A stretch of DNA of 64,000 nt from Tagaea sp. (GTDB lineage Bacteria > Pseudomonadota > Alphaproteobacteria > CACIAM-22H2): NCBI GenBank assembly GCA_965279525.1, contig CBDIIB010000004.1, forward strand, positions 352,001 through 416,000, written 5' to 3'. The notes under the pieces were generated by a model. The model had not been told where the DNA came from. It did not search any database and saw only the letters and a program-made list of their open reading frames with translations. Each line of letters begins with the position of its first letter. The stretch's first letter is position 1. Below are positions 1 through 9,902 of this stretch, piece after piece. The translations under genes and the position numbers were made by a program.

Positions 1-211
1 CGCCGACCAGGCCGACCGCGCGGTGCGTGTGGAACTGCTTGCCGTCGAAGGCGACGATGCCGGCGGCTTCCTGGCCGCGATGCTGGAGCGCATGCAGGCC
101 GAGGGCCGCGAGCGCGCCCGCGTCCTTGTGCCCGAGAATGCCGAAGATGCCGCATTCTTCCTTGAGCTTGTCGTCGTCGAAGGGATTGGTCGTCACCGAT
201 GAGCGGTCCAT
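1..211 (-). CDS. purF: amidophosphoribosyltransferase, 5' part (runs off window)
   Basis: Hand translation [24 protein letters not shown]...[14 protein letters not shown] shows the propeptide, the catalytic Cys (EECG) and QHRGQE. Lies downstream of cvpA. Not in the ORF track. Confidence 0.95.
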   Translation of the reverse strand, partial: MDRSSVTTNPFDDDKLKEECGIFGILGHKDAGALAALGLHALQHRGQEAAGIVAFDGKQFHTHRAVGLVG

Positions 212-259
212 GAAACCCCCAATGCGCCCTCGGCCCGGAGGGCGCGCGATCTCGACAAA

Positions 260-946
260 CTAACGGCTGGGTGCGGCCGGCCGGACGCGGTCGATGAGCT
301 GTTCCATGCCCTGCACCTCGTCGCGTTTATATCCCGTTTCGCCGGGCTGTGAAGGGGGATTCGGCTGGCCGTTCGGCTGCAGGCGCTGGAGGGCCTTGAG
401 GGCCTCCGTGCCGCGCTGTGCCTGGTCTCCGGCACTCCGGACCTGGCCCCGGAATTCGGGTGGCGCAAGACCGACCAGATACTCGGCGATCTGCTCGATC
501 AGCGGGCGCGTACGGGCTTCGTAGATCCAGTCAGGCCGCTTTTCCTCGGGGATCGCCCAGGCAAGCGCCAGCCAGGCGAGGCCAAGCAGGACGAGGCCGC
601 GGAATATGCCGAAGACGAAGCCGAGCGACCGGTCGACCGCCGAAAGGCTCGAAGAACGGCGTACCAGCGCCGAGGTCCCATGCGCGATCATCGCGAACAC
701 GATCAGGCTCGCCACGAACAGCGTGATGCCGGCCGCCACGTCGGCCAGCAGCTGGCTGTCGATGAAGGCCCGGAAATAGGGGCGGGCGAGGGCGAATCCC
801 CACAGCGTGACGAGGGCGGCACCGGCCCAGGCGGCAAGGCTGAGGACTTCCTTGACGAAGCCCCGGATCAGCGCGACGAGCGCCGAAACCAGCACCACAA
901 GGGCGACGGCACCGTCAAAAGCGTTGATAGGGAGCGAATCGAGCAT
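260..946 (-). CDS. cvpA: CvpA (colicin V production) family membrane protein
   Basis: RGFVKEVLSL and DRSLGFVFG motifs, 4 hydrophobic segments, located between radA and purF. Confidence 0.9.
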   Translation of the reverse strand: MLDSLPINAFDGAVALVVLVSALVALIRGFVKEVLSLAAWAGAALVTLWGFALARPYFRAFIDSQLLADVAAGITLFVASLIVFAMIAHGTSALVRRSSSLSAVDRSLGFVFGIFRGLVLLGLAWLALAWAIPEEKRPDWIYEARTRPLIEQIAEYLVGLAPPEFRGQVRSAGDQAQRGTEALKALQRLQPNGQPNPPSQPGETGYKRDEVQGMEQLIDRVRPAAPSR

Positions 947-966
947 CGAAGGCCGAGAATACCAGC

Positions 967-2355
967 TTATCCGGGGCGGGCCATGCGGCGGGGGGCAGGG
1001 TTGCCCAGCGCCTCGACAAGGTCGCCGAGCAGGCGCAGTTCGCGCACGTCGATGCCCGCCACCGACGAGCCGCGCTTGCCGCGCGGCGGGCAGTACGCCC
1101 GACCGAACCCCAATTTTGCGGCTTCCTTGAGGCGGGCTTCGGTCTGGCCGACGGCGCGCACTTCGCCCGACAGGCCGATTTCGCCGAAAACGACCGATTC
1201 GCCGGGGACGGGCGTGTCGGTCAGGGCCGAAACGAGGGCCGCGGCGACCGCAAGATCGGCGGCTGGTTCGGCGATGCGAAGACCGCCGGCCACGTTCAGG
1301 TAGACATCCGCCCCGCCGAAAGCGAGACCGCAGCGCGTTTCCAGCACCGCCAGCACCATGGCGAGCCGGCCGGAATCCCAGCCGATCACGGCCCGGCGCG
1401 GCGTGCCGTAAGTGCTGGGGGCGACCAGCGCCTGGATCTCGACCAGCACGGGGCGGGTACCCTCCATGCCGGCGAAGACGGCGGCACCGGAAACCTCGCC
1501 GCGCCGTTCGGCAAGGAACAGGGCAGACGGGTTGGGAACCTCAGTGAGGCCGGCGTCCGTCATCTCGAACACGCCGATCTCGTCGGTCGGACCGAAGCGG
1601 TTCTTGACCGCGCGCAGGATGCGGAACTGGTGGCCGCGCTCGCCCTCGAAATAGAGCACCGTGTCGACCATGTGCTCGAGCACGCGCGGGCCGGCGATCG
1701 TGCCTTCTTTCGTGACGTGGCCCACGAGGATCACGGCGATGCCGCGCCGCTTGGCGAGCCGGATGAGTTCGGCCGCCGACGCGCGCACCTGTGCGACCGT
1801 GCCGGGCGCGCTGTCGAGCTGGTCGATATACATCGTCTGGATCGAATCGATGACCGCGAGGTCGGGCGCGTCACTGGCATCGAGCGTGGCGAGGATATCG
1901 CGCACGTTTGTGGCCGACGCGAGCGAGACCTTGGCCTTGGCAAGGTCGAGGCGCGTGGCGCGCATGCGGATCTGGTCGACCGCTTCTTCGCCGGAGATGT
2001 AGGCGACACGCGCGTTCTTCGAGAGCGCTGCCGCCGCCTGCAGCAGCAGCGTCGATTTCCCGATGCCCGGATCGCCGCCGACGAGCACGGCGGAACCTTT
2101 GACGAGGCCGCCGCCCAGCACGCGGTCAAGCTCGGCGATCCCGGTCTTGCGGCGCGGGGCCTGCTCGCTCTCGCCTTCGAGATCGACGAACGAGACGCGC
2201 TTGCCGCCTTTGCCCGACACGCCCTTGGGGGCGACGTCCGGCACGGCTTCTTCGACGATTGTGTTCCACGCCCCGCACGCGTCGCAACGCCCGGACCAGC
2301 GCGGATGCACGCCCCCGCATTCCTGGCAGACGAAGCGGGCAGCCGCTTTTGCCAT
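967..2355 (-). CDS. radA: DNA repair protein RadA/Sms
   Basis: C4 zinc finger (CQECG...CDACG), Walker A GDPGIGKST, KNRFG motif. Confidence 0.97.
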   Translation of the reverse strand: MAKAAARFVCQECGGVHPRWSGRCDACGAWNTIVEEAVPDVAPKGVSGKGGKRVSFVDLEGESEQAPRRKTGIAELDRVLGGGLVKGSAVLVGGDPGIGKSTLLLQAAAALSKNARVAYISGEEAVDQIRMRATRLDLAKAKVSLASATNVRDILATLDASDAPDLAVIDSIQTMYIDQLDSAPGTVAQVRASAAELIRLAKRRGIAVILVGHVTKEGTIAGPRVLEHMVDTVLYFEGERGHQFRILRAVKNRFGPTDEIGVFEMTDAGLTEVPNPSALFLAERRGEVSGAAVFAGMEGTRPVLVEIQALVAPSTYGTPRRAVIGWDSGRLAMVLAVLETRCGLAFGGADVYLNVAGGLRIAEPAADLAVAAALVSALTDTPVPGESVVFGEIGLSGEVRAVGQTEARLKEAAKLGFGRAYCPPRGKRGSSVAGIDVRELRLLGDLVEALGNPAPRRMARPG

Positions 2356-2357
2356 CG

Positions 2358-3131
2358 TCAGACGGGGATCTGCATGCGGATCGGGCCTTCGGCACGTCCA
2401 TGGATGAACTGGTCGACGTAGGGATTGCCCGAATGGTCGATCTCGCCGACCGGGCCCTGCCAGATGATCTTGCCCTGGTAGAGCATCGCGATGCGGTGCG
2501 CGATCTTGCGCGCACTCGCCATGTCGTGCGTGATCGACAGCGCGCTGGCACCCAGGCGATGCACGCAGTCGGCGATCAGGTCGTTAATGACGTCGGACAT
2601 GATCGGGTCGAGCCCGGTCGTCGGTTCGTCGAAGAAGATGATCTCGGGCTGCGTGGCGATGGCGCGCGCGAGGCCCACGCGCTTGCGCATGCCGCCGGAA
2701 AGCTCGGAGGGCTGCAGTTCGGCGACCTGTGCCGGCAGGCCGACTTGGGCCAGCTTCTCGATCGCGATGATCTTGGCCTCGCGCTTGGCCTTGCCTTGCG
2801 CCGCGATCAGGCCGAAGGCGACGTTTTCCCAGACGCTGAGCGAGTCGAACAGGGCGGCGGACTGGAACAGCATGCCGAACTTGCGGTTGACCGCCTCGCG
2901 CTCGCGCGTGGGCATGCCGATCACTTCCTGCCCGTCGACCTTGATCGAGCCTTCTTCCGGATCGAGAAGGCCGAGGATGCACTTGAGCAACACCGACTTG
3001 CCGGTCCCCGATCCGCCGATGATGACGACTGATTCCGCGTTGCCCACGTCAAGATCGAGGCCGTCGAGGACGACCTTGGAGCCGAAGCGCTTCTTGAGGC
3101 CGCGGATCTGGATTTTCGGGGTTTCGGCCAT
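2358..3131 (-). CDS. mlaF: MlaF/Ttg2A-type ABC ATP-binding protein
   Basis: GGSGTGKS, LSGGMRKRVGLARA, FFDEPTTGLDP. Adjacent to an MlaE permease. ATG at 3131 chosen as start. Confidence 0.85.
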   Translation of the reverse strand: MAETPKIQIRGLKKRFGSKVVLDGLDLDVGNAESVVIIGGSGTGKSVLLKCILGLLDPEEGSIKVDGQEVIGMPTREREAVNRKFGMLFQSAALFDSLSVWENVAFGLIAAQGKAKREAKIIAIEKLAQVGLPAQVAELQPSELSGGMRKRVGLARAIATQPEIIFFDEPTTGLDPIMSDVINDLIADCVHRLGASALSITHDMASARKIAHRIAMLYQGKIIWQGPVGEIDHSGNPYVDQFIHGRAEGPIRMQIPV

Positions 3132-3143
3132 GCGCGTCCCCAC

Positions 3144-3922
3144 CTAGCGTGTCGCGAAGAAGATTTCGGTAATCGCGTAGTTGAAGATCAGGATCAGGAT
3201 CGAGGCGGAGACGACCGCGTTGGTCGTCGCCCGGCCCACGCCCTGGGCGCCGCCTTCGGACTTGTAGCCGTGGTAGCAGCCCATCAGCGTGATGATGAAG
3301 CCGAACACCGATGCCTTCACGAGGCCGGAGAACACGTCCATGAACTCGAGATAGTCGAAGGTCTGCTTGAGATAGACCGCCGCGTTGAAGTCGAGCTTGT
3401 AGACGCCCACGATGTAGCCGCCGAACACGCCGATGATGTCGGCGACGACGACCAGCATCGGCAGCGTGACCGCACCCGCGATCAGGCGCGGGGCGACGAG
3501 ATACTTCATCGGGTTGGTCGAAAGCGTGTGGAGCGCGTCGATCTGCTCGGTCACGCGCATCGTGCCGATCTCGGCGGCGATGGAGGCACCGATGCGGCCC
3601 GGCCACCATCAGGCCGGCGATGACGGGGCCAAGCTCGCGGGTGACCGACAGGACCACGACCGTCGCGACCGCACCTTCGGCGGAAAAGCGCGCGAACCCG
3701 GTATAGCTCTGGAGTGCGAGCACCATGCCGGTGAACAAGCGCGGTCAGGCCCACGACGGGAAGCGAGAAATACCCGATATCCAGCATCTGGCGCAGGATG
3801 TGGCGGATATAGAAGGGCGGGCGAAAACAGTGCGAGACCGCACGCGAGCTGAACAGCGAGATCTCGCCGACCTGCTGCAGGAAACCCAGGAAGAACCGGC
3901 CGACGGTCGCAAGCGGGTTCAT
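3144..3922 (-). pseudogene. mlaE: MlaE-family ABC permease interrupted by two +1 frameshifts (possibly sequencing errors)
   Basis: Three frames join into one MlaE: MNPLATVGRFF...SLPVVGLTAL | FTGMVLALQSY...RELGPVIAGLMVAG | RIGASIAAEIGTMRVTEQIDAL...GVGRATT. Extra bases near 3738 and 3599. Confidence 0.8.
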
Positions 3923-5019
3923 GCGGCAGGCTCGAGATAGCTGCGCGCGAAACGCTTGCCCAGACGCGTCAGCACCTCGTAGCCGTTCGTGCCGGCGTGG
4001 CTGGCCACCTCGTCGACCGTCATGCGGCTGCCGAGCAGTTCGACCATCTGGCCCGGGCGGGCCTCGGGTGCTTGGCTGACATCGAGGGTGATCAGATCCA
4101 TGGAGACGCGACCGAGGAAGGGAAGTTGCTTGTCGCCGATATAGGCGGCCCCCCGACCGGACAGCGAGCGCAGCCACCCATCGGCGTAACCGCAGGCGAT
4201 CGTTGCGACTTTCGTCGGCCGATTCGCCTGCCACGTCGCACCATAGCCAACGGTCTGGGGGTGGTCAATTTCGCGGACCTGCAGGATGCGCGCTTCCAAG
4301 CACGCCACCGTGCGCACCGGGTTCGCGGCATCGGGCGTCGGATTGATGCCGTAGACGGCGCAGCCGGGGCGCGCCAGATCGAAATGATAGGCGCTGCCCA
4401 GAAACACGCCGGAAGAATTCGCGAAGCTCGCGCGCACGTTCGGGAAGGCCGCGCGGATTTTCGTGAACCGGTCGAGCTGGGCCGTGTTGATCGGGTTGTC
4501 GCGTTCTTCCGAGCTGACGAGGTGGCTCATGACGTAGCGCAGGTCGAGCCCGGCCAGAACCGACGGATCGGCGATCAGCGCATCGGTCTCACGCGGAGAC
4601 AGCCCGAGGCGCGACATGCCGGTGTCGAAATGGAGATTGGCTTTCAGCTTCTCGCCGGCCTCGCGCGCGGCCTTGGCCCACGCTTCGATCTGGCCCGGAT
4701 CGTTGAGGCTCGGCGTGAGGTCGCGCCGGCGGAACAACGGTGCTTCATCCGGCCCCAGCCCGTCGAGCACGCACACGCTCGCGTCTTCGCCGACATAGTC
4801 GCGCAGTTCCAGTCCCTCGTTGAGGCGGGCGACGAAGAAATGCCGGCAGCCGGCGCGATAGAGCGCGCGCCCGACCGGCCCCGCACCCAGCCCGTAGCCG
4901 TCCGCCTTGACGATGCCGGCACACGCCGCCGGCGCCACGCGCGCGGCCAGATCGCGCCAGTTGGCGACGAGTGCGGCCAGATCGACGGTCAGCAGCGAAG
5001 CGGGCCGTGCGTCAGTCAT
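3919..5019 (-). CDS. alr: alanine racemase
   Basis: VKADGYGLG PLP-lysine motif, HFDTGMSRLG, GYADG, GRVSMD. Confidence 0.96.
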   Translation of the reverse strand: MTDARPASLLTVDLAALVANWRDLAARVAPAACAGIVKADGYGLGAGPVGRALYRAGCRHFFVARLNEGLELRDYVGEDASVCVLDGLGPDEAPLFRRRDLTPSLNDPGQIEAWAKAAREAGEKLKANLHFDTGMSRLGLSPRETDALIADPSVLAGLDLRYVMSHLVSSEERDNPINTAQLDRFTKIRAAFPNVRASFANSSGVFLGSAYHFDLARPGCAVYGINPTPDAANPVRTVACLEARILQVREIDHPQTVGYGATWQANRPTKVATIACGYADGWLRSLSGRGAAYIGDKQLPFLGRVSMDLITLDVSQAPEARPGQMVELLGSRMTVDEVASHAGTNGYEVLTRLGKRFARSYLEPAA

Positions 5020-6577
5020 GCATGTCGGGCAGGTATTCCGACGCGGCGAGGTCCGAGAACTTCGTGAACTGCCCGTCGAAGCGCAGCCGCACCGTGCCGA
5101 TCGGGCCGTGACGCTGCTTGCCGAGGATGACCTCGGCCACGTTCATCACCTGCTCGCCGCGCTCCTGCCATTTCTGGTGACGCTCGTTGAACTTGCTTTC
5201 GTCTTCCTCGGGGCGGCGCGAGGGCTCGGAGCGGCTGTGATAGTACTCCTCGCGATAGACGAACATGACGACGTCCGAGTCCTGCTCGATCGTGCCTGAT
5301 TCGCGAAGGTCGGAGAGCTGCGGGCGCTTGTCCTCGCGCTGCTCGACCGCGCGCGAGAGCTGCGAGAGCGCCACGACCGGCACGTCGAGTTCCTTGGCGA
5401 GCGCCTTCAGGCCACGGGTGATGGCGGAGATTTCCTGCACGCGGCCTTCGGCCCGGCTGCCCGGCGGGGGTGCGAGAAGCTGCAGGTAGTCGATGACGAT
5501 GAGGCCAAGCCCGTGCGTGCGCTTCAGGCGCCGCGCGCGCGTGCGCACGGCCGAGACCGACAGGGCGGGCGTGTCGTCGATATGCAGCGGCAGCGTGGCG
5601 AGGCGCTGGGCGGCCTCGACGAATTTCGGGAAATCCTCGCCCGACACTTCGCCGCGCCGGATCTTGTCCGACGGGACTTCGACCTGCTCGGACAGAAGGC
5701 GGTTGGCGAGCTGCTCGGCCGACATTTCGAGCGAGAAGAACGCGACGGTACCCCCTTCGGCGTCGGGGTTGTCCTTGTCGAGGCCTTCGAGCGTCGCGCG
5801 CTCCAGCCAGGCCTGGCGGGCGATCGCCGCGTTGAACGCGATCTTGGTGGCGAGCGCCGTCTTGCCCATCGACGGACGGCCGGCAAGGATGATCAGGTCG
5901 GACTTGTGCAGGCCGCCGAGCTTGTCGTCGAGATCGGTGAAACCCGTCGTGACGCCGGTGACGGCCCCGTCGCGCTTGAAGGCGAGGGTGGCCATGTCGA
6001 TGGCGGCCGTCAGCGCCTTGTTGAACGTCTTGAAGCCGCCCTCGACCTGGCCCTTCTCTGCAAGATCGAACAGCTTCTGTTCGGCCGCCTCGATCTTGGC
6101 GTTGGCGTCGCTCTCGACGTCGAAGGCGAACGCCTCGTTGACGACGTCGGTACCGATGTCGATCAGCTGGCGGCGCAGATAGAGGTCGAAGATGCGCTGC
6201 GCGTAGTCCTGCGCGTTGATGATCGTGACGGCGGCGGCCTGCAGGCGGGCCAGATACTCGGCCCCGCCGATCTCGGTCAGCTCGCCGTCATGCTCGAAAT
6301 AGTTCTTCAGCGTGGCGGCGTTCGCCTGCTGGCCCTTCTGCACGAGCTTGCCGACCGCGTCGTAGATGCGCCCGTGCCTTCCGTCGGCGAAATGCTCGGG
6401 CAGCAGCAGCTCGCTGACCTTCTCGAACGCGCGGTTGTTGGCGAGCAAGGCCGCCAGCAATCCCATCTCGACTTCGAAATTGTGGGGCGGGATCCGCGCC
6501 GCCGGCTCGTCGCCGGTGCGGTTGGGAAAGGGTGCGACGTTGCTGGGAAGGGGTGTTTCCATCGGGGCCGCGACCAT
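5012..6577 (-). CDS. dnaB: replicative DNA helicase
   Basis: AGRPSMGKT, FSLEMS, IDYLQL, LSQLSRAVEQR, DLRESGTIEQD, KQRHGP. Confidence 0.98.
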   Translation of the reverse strand: MVAAPMETPLPSNVAPFPNRTGDEPAARIPPHNFEVEMGLLAALLANNRAFEKVSELLLPEHFADGRHGRIYDAVGKLVQKGQQANAATLKNYFEHDGELTEIGGAEYLARLQAAAVTIINAQDYAQRIFDLYLRRQLIDIGTDVVNEAFAFDVESDANAKIEAAEQKLFDLAEKGQVEGGFKTFNKALTAAIDMATLAFKRDGAVTGVTTGFTDLDDKLGGLHKSDLIILAGRPSMGKTALATKIAFNAAIARQAWLERATLEGLDKDNPDAEGGTVAFFSLEMSAEQLANRLLSEQVEVPSDKIRRGEVSGEDFPKFVEAAQRLATLPLHIDDTPALSVSAVRTRARRLKRTHGLGLIVIDYLQLLAPPPGSRAEGRVQEISAITRGLKALAKELDVPVVALSQLSRAVEQREDKRPQLSDLRESGTIEQDSDVVMFVYREEYYHSRSEPSRRPEEDESKFNERHQKWQERGEQVMNVAEVILGKQRHGPIGTVRLRFDGQFTKFSDLAASEYLPDMHD

Positions 6578-6618
6578 AGGCGTGTCCGCGCTCGGGCAAC
6601 AATCGAATTGCGACGGAT

Positions 6619-6658
6619 CGACTCGAATTCGAAGTTATCCAGTGGATTGTGTGGACAA
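6619..6658 (-). promoter_or_regulatory. DnaA-box-like sites and a GANTC site upstream of dnaB
   Basis: TTGTCCACA (minus strand, 6650-6658, 1 mismatch to TTATCCACA), TTATCCAGT (6635-6643, 2 mismatches), CGACTCG at 6619-6625. Confidence 0.45.
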
Positions 6659-6674
6659 CATCGGCCGGCCGCAA

Positions 6675-6712
6675 GAAACGAAAAACGGCGCGCGTCGGAG
6701 GGACGCGCGCCG
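6675..6712 (-). terminator. intrinsic terminator after rplI
   Basis: 11-bp stem cggcgcgcgtc/gacgcgcgccg (6686-6712) followed on the minus strand by TTTTTCGTTTC. Confidence 0.85.
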
Positions 6713-6753
6713 CTGATCGGCAAGATCGACGAAGAAAAAGGAAGGTGAGGGGC

Positions 6754-7404
6754 TTACGCCTCGTCCTTCTCTTCCTTTGCCTTCGTCTTGCGGGCCTTCT
6801 TGGCCGGCTTTTCGGCCGGTGCTTCTTCCGTCGCGGCGGCGGCTTCTTCGGCGGCCGGCGCTTCTTCCGGGGCCGTCAGTTCGGCCGGCGGTGCGGCTTC
6901 GGCGGTCGGCTTGGGTGCCTTGCCCTCGGCCTGGAGCTTCGCTTCTTCCGGCGTCTGGGCGATGTTGACGGTGATCGCGATGGCGACTTCCGGGTGCAGG
7001 GCGAGGCGGGTCTTGAACAGGCCCAGCGCCTTGATCGGCTGGTCGAGCAGGACCTGCGCGCGCGTGACGGTCACGCCGCCTTCGGTGACGGCGACCGCGA
7101 TGTCGCGGCTCGAGACCGAGCCGTACAGCATGCCGCTCTCGCCCGCCTGGCGGATGATGACGACGGCGAACTTGTCGCCCATCTTCGCGGCGACGGCTTC
7201 GGCGTCGGCGCGCTGCTTGAGGTTCTGGGCCTCGAGCTGGGCGCGCTGCTTCTCGAAGAACGCCATGTTCTCCTTCGTCGCGCGCATCGCCTTCTTCTGC
7301 GGCAGTAGGTAGTTGCGCGCGAAGCCGGGCTTCACCTTGACCACATCGCCCATCTGGCCGAGCGATTCGATCCGTTGCAGCAGAATTACGTCCATCTGGG
7401 ACAT
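6754..7404 (-). CDS. rplI: 50S ribosomal protein L9 with Ala/Glu/Lys-rich tail
   Basis: LGQMGDVVKVKPGFARNYLLP, LYGSVS. SD AAGGAGA lies 6 nt before ATG 7404. Confidence 0.97.
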   Translation of the reverse strand: MSQMDVILLQRIESLGQMGDVVKVKPGFARNYLLPQKKAMRATKENMAFFEKQRAQLEAQNLKQRADAEAVAAKMGDKFAVVIIRQAGESGMLYGSVSSRDIAVAVTEGGVTVTRAQVLLDQPIKALGLFKTRLALHPEVAIAITVNIAQTPEEAKLQAEGKAPKPTAEAAPPAELTAPEEAPAAEEAAAATEEAPAEKPAKKARKTKAKEEKDEA

Positions 7405-7441
7405 GTCTTGTCTCCTTGACCTTGCCGTCGTTCGATTTGGG

Positions 7442-8395
7442 TTACGAGTTGGGCGGCGAGCCCTTGGGCCCGCGCGCCTTGAGGTTTGCGTAGGGTTCGA
7501 TGAGGCCGAGCACCGCGAGCACGACGATCGGCCAGCCGAAGACGATGACGGAACCGTAGACCGCACCCAGCGCCATGCCGCGCCAGTTGAGGTTCCGGAT
7601 CAGCGCGTGGACGACGCCGAGCCCCGCGATCGCGTAGACGGCGACGAGGATCACCATCATGTTGCGCGAGGCGAAGCCGCCGAAGCCCTCGAAGAACGAG
7701 CCGAGCGCGAAGATCGCGGTCAGGCCCATCAGCCACGCCGGGAGCTCGATGTCGGCCATCGACGGCGACGGGCGGCGGTTGACGCCGGCGCGGCGGACAA
7801 TGGCCTGACCGAGGATGCCGTTGAGCAGCGTCATGATCATCCACGACACGGCGACGACGCCCGCGAAAAGTCGCGCGATCTGGGACGCGAACTCTTCCAG
7901 ATTGGCGATCTCGAGGCCGGCAGGGCCGCGCAGACGGCGGAACGTCTCGACGATGAACGTCTCGAGCGTGCCTTCAAGGCCGCCCGGTTCGCCCGCGAAC
8001 GAGAGCGCCACGCCGGCGAACAGCGCGCTCGACAGGGCGAGAAGCGCCATCACGAGCCCGCCCGGCGGATACCAGTCGATCCCGCCGGCCGCACCGTCGG
8101 CGGCGGCCGGCCGCCAGAGCATTGCCTGGCGGACGATGACGATCACCGGGGCGGCGTTCGCCACCGTATAGATCACCGCGAAGACGAAGCCGCCGGCGAT
8201 GAAGGTCACGATGATCCCGGCGATCGACGCGATCGCCACCGCACCCGTACCCATCCACAGCCCGACCGCGAACAGCGGCAGCTGCGCCAGGTAGGCGAGC
8301 AGGAAAGCGGCGGGCGAGGCGGTAAGCAGCGAGGCGTAAACCAGCGCACTCGCCGAACCCGCTACGACCGCGATCATCGCGTAAGTCGTCGGCAT
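7442..8395 (-). CDS. DUF2232/YybS-family membrane protein
   Basis: Multi-TM protein with WYPPG motif in the conserved rpsR-rplI position. SD AAAGGA precedes ATG 8395. Confidence 0.8.
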   Translation of the reverse strand: MPTTYAMIAVVAGSASALVYASLLTASPAAFLLAYLAQLPLFAVGLWMGTGAVAIASIAGIIVTFIAGGFVFAVIYTVANAAPVIVIVRQAMLWRPAAADGAAGGIDWYPPGGLVMALLALSSALFAGVALSFAGEPGGLEGTLETFIVETFRRLRGPAGLEIANLEEFASQIARLFAGVVAVSWMIMTLLNGILGQAIVRRAGVNRRPSPSMADIELPAWLMGLTAIFALGSFFEGFGGFASRNMMVILVAVYAIAGLGVVHALIRNLNWRGMALGAVYGSVIVFGWPIVVLAVLGLIEPYANLKARGPKGSPPNS

Positions 8396-8459
8396 CTGCC
8401 GTCCTTTGTCGGGAGGTGCGGGGCCGGCGTTCGTCACGCGCGGCCCCGTACCGGCCCTG

Positions 8460-8774
8460 TTACTTCAGCACGTAGGGAAGCAGGCCGAGGAAGCGTGCGC
8501 GCTTGATCGCACGCGCCAGCTCGCGCTGCTTGGGTGCCGAAACGGCCGTGATGCGCGCCGGGACGATCTTGCCGCGCTCCGAGACGAAACGCTGGAGCAG
8601 GCGGATGTCCTTGTAGTCGATCTTCGGCGCGTTCGGGCCCGAGAAGGGGCACGACTTGCGGCGACGGAAGAACGGACGACGGCCACCGAAGCCGCCGCCA
8701 CCTTCACCGCGCTCGCCGCGTTCGCCGCGCTCACCGCGTTCGCCCGAGGAACGTTCGTTCGAGGGATTCGCCAT
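8460..8774 (-). CDS. rpsR: 30S ribosomal protein S18
   Basis: [10 protein letters not shown]...IDYKD...[12 protein letters not shown]...[13 protein letters not shown]. Confidence 0.98.
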   Translation of the reverse strand: MANPSNERSSGERGERGERGERGEGGGGFGGRRPFFRRRKSCPFSGPNAPKIDYKDIRLLQRFVSERGKIVPARITAVSAPKQRELARAIKRARFLGLLPYVLK

Positions 8775-8777
8775 GGC

Positions 8778-9221
8778 TCAGATCGCTCCTTCGACAGCGG
8801 CGGGTTCGCCCGCTTCCGCATCGCGGCGGCGGGGACGGAAATTGTCGCGGTCGCCGTAGCGCCCGCCACCTTCGCGGTCGCCGCGGCCTTCACGCTCGTC
8901 GCGCTTCTGCATCATCGCCGACGGCGCTTCGTCGATCGCTTCGACGCGCACGGTCAGGTGACGCAGGATGTCCTCGTTGAGGCCCATCGTGCGCTCCATC
9001 TCGGCGATCGCCTTGGCGGGCGCCTCGATGCAAAGCAGCACGTAGTGCGCCTTGCGGTTCTTCTTGATGCGGAAGGTCAGCGAGCGCAGACCCCAATATT
9101 CGCGCTTCTTCACTTCACCGCCCAAGGTCTTGAGCGTTTCGGTGAACTGGTCGGCAAGCGCGTCAACCTGGGGCTGAGCCAGATCCTGACGCGCGATGAA
9201 TACGTTCTCGTAGAACGCCAT
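8778..9221 (-). CDS. rpsF: 30S ribosomal protein S6
   Basis: [41 protein letters not shown]. Confidence 0.97.
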   Translation of the reverse strand: MAFYENVFIARQDLAQPQVDALADQFTETLKTLGGEVKKREYWGLRSLTFRIKKNRKAHYVLLCIEAPAKAIAEMERTMGLNEDILRHLTVRVEAIDEAPSAMMQKRDEREGRGDREGGGRYGDRDNFRPRRRDAEAGEPAAVEGAI

Positions 9222-9376
9222 CGGCAGCTCCTCTCGGGTTTCGGACCCAAAGCACCCGCGTCGACCGATTGCCGCCGCAGGCCCGGGTCCAAGCCGCCAT
9301 CTGTGCCCATCGGGGGCCGGGGAAGGCGGCAAGGAGAACGGACGGGATATGGCCCCGTCCGTCGTGAAGGAGCGGG

Positions 9377-9405
9377 GATATACACGGTATGCCCCGGCCC
9401 CGCAA
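9377..9405 (-). promoter_or_regulatory. sigma70-type promoter of the rpsF operon
   Basis: TTGCGG-17nt-TATATC on the minus strand. Confidence 0.55.
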
Positions 9406-9428
9406 GAGCGGGGTCCGGAAGGGGTTTT

Positions 9429-9902
9429 TCAGCTTCCGTGGCGGTGCGGCATCCCGCCGCCGGGGGCCGGGGCGCGCAAGGGCTGGACCGCGACCGTCGC
9501 TTCGACCTTGCCGGCACGCTCGAAGTTCAATGTTACGGGGAAGCTCTGGCCGGCCTTCAGCGGGGTCTTCAGGTCGAGCAGCATCACATGCAGGCCGCCC
9601 GGCTGCAGGACCGTGGGCGAACCGGGCGAAACCTCGATCGCGTCCACGGGGCGCATCTGGGCCACGTTGCCGACCATGATGTGGTTGTGAAGCTCGATCT
9701 TTCCGGCAACCGAGGAAGTCACCGACAGCAGCCTGTCCGGCCCGGTGCCGACATTATGGAGTGTCATATAGGCCGCACCGTTCTTGGCCTCGCCGGCGCT
9801 GGCGCGCGCCCAGGCTGTCTCCACGCGAATCGGTTTCTGCTGGGCAAGAGTCGGGGCGGCCGTCAGGAGGAGCAGGACTGAAAGGGCAAGTGACCGGACC
9901 AT
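9429..9902 (-). CDS. periplasmic copper chaperone PCu(A)C
   Basis: Signal peptide, AWARAS, GAAYMTL, ELH-x10-M...GGLHVML copper-binding motif. Confidence 0.9.
   Translation of the reverse strand: MVRSLALSVLLLLTAAPTLAQQKPIRVETAWARASAGEAKNGAAYMTLHNVGTGPDRLLSVTSSVAGKIELHNHIMVGNVAQMRPVDAIEVSPGSPTVLQPGGLHVMLLDLKTPLKAGQSFPVTLNFERAGKVEATVAVQPLRAPAPGGGMPHRHGS

Noticed and set aside
5750-5830. Insertion after the Walker A motif in DnaB, considered as an intein
   Set aside because: Only about 20 aa with no Cys/His-Asn splice motifs. Alphaproteobacterial DnaB has a variable loop here.
9429-9902. PCu(A)C, cupredoxin and oxidase subunit IV as one copper system
   Set aside because: The genes are scattered over more than 20 kb with no shared operon or motif.
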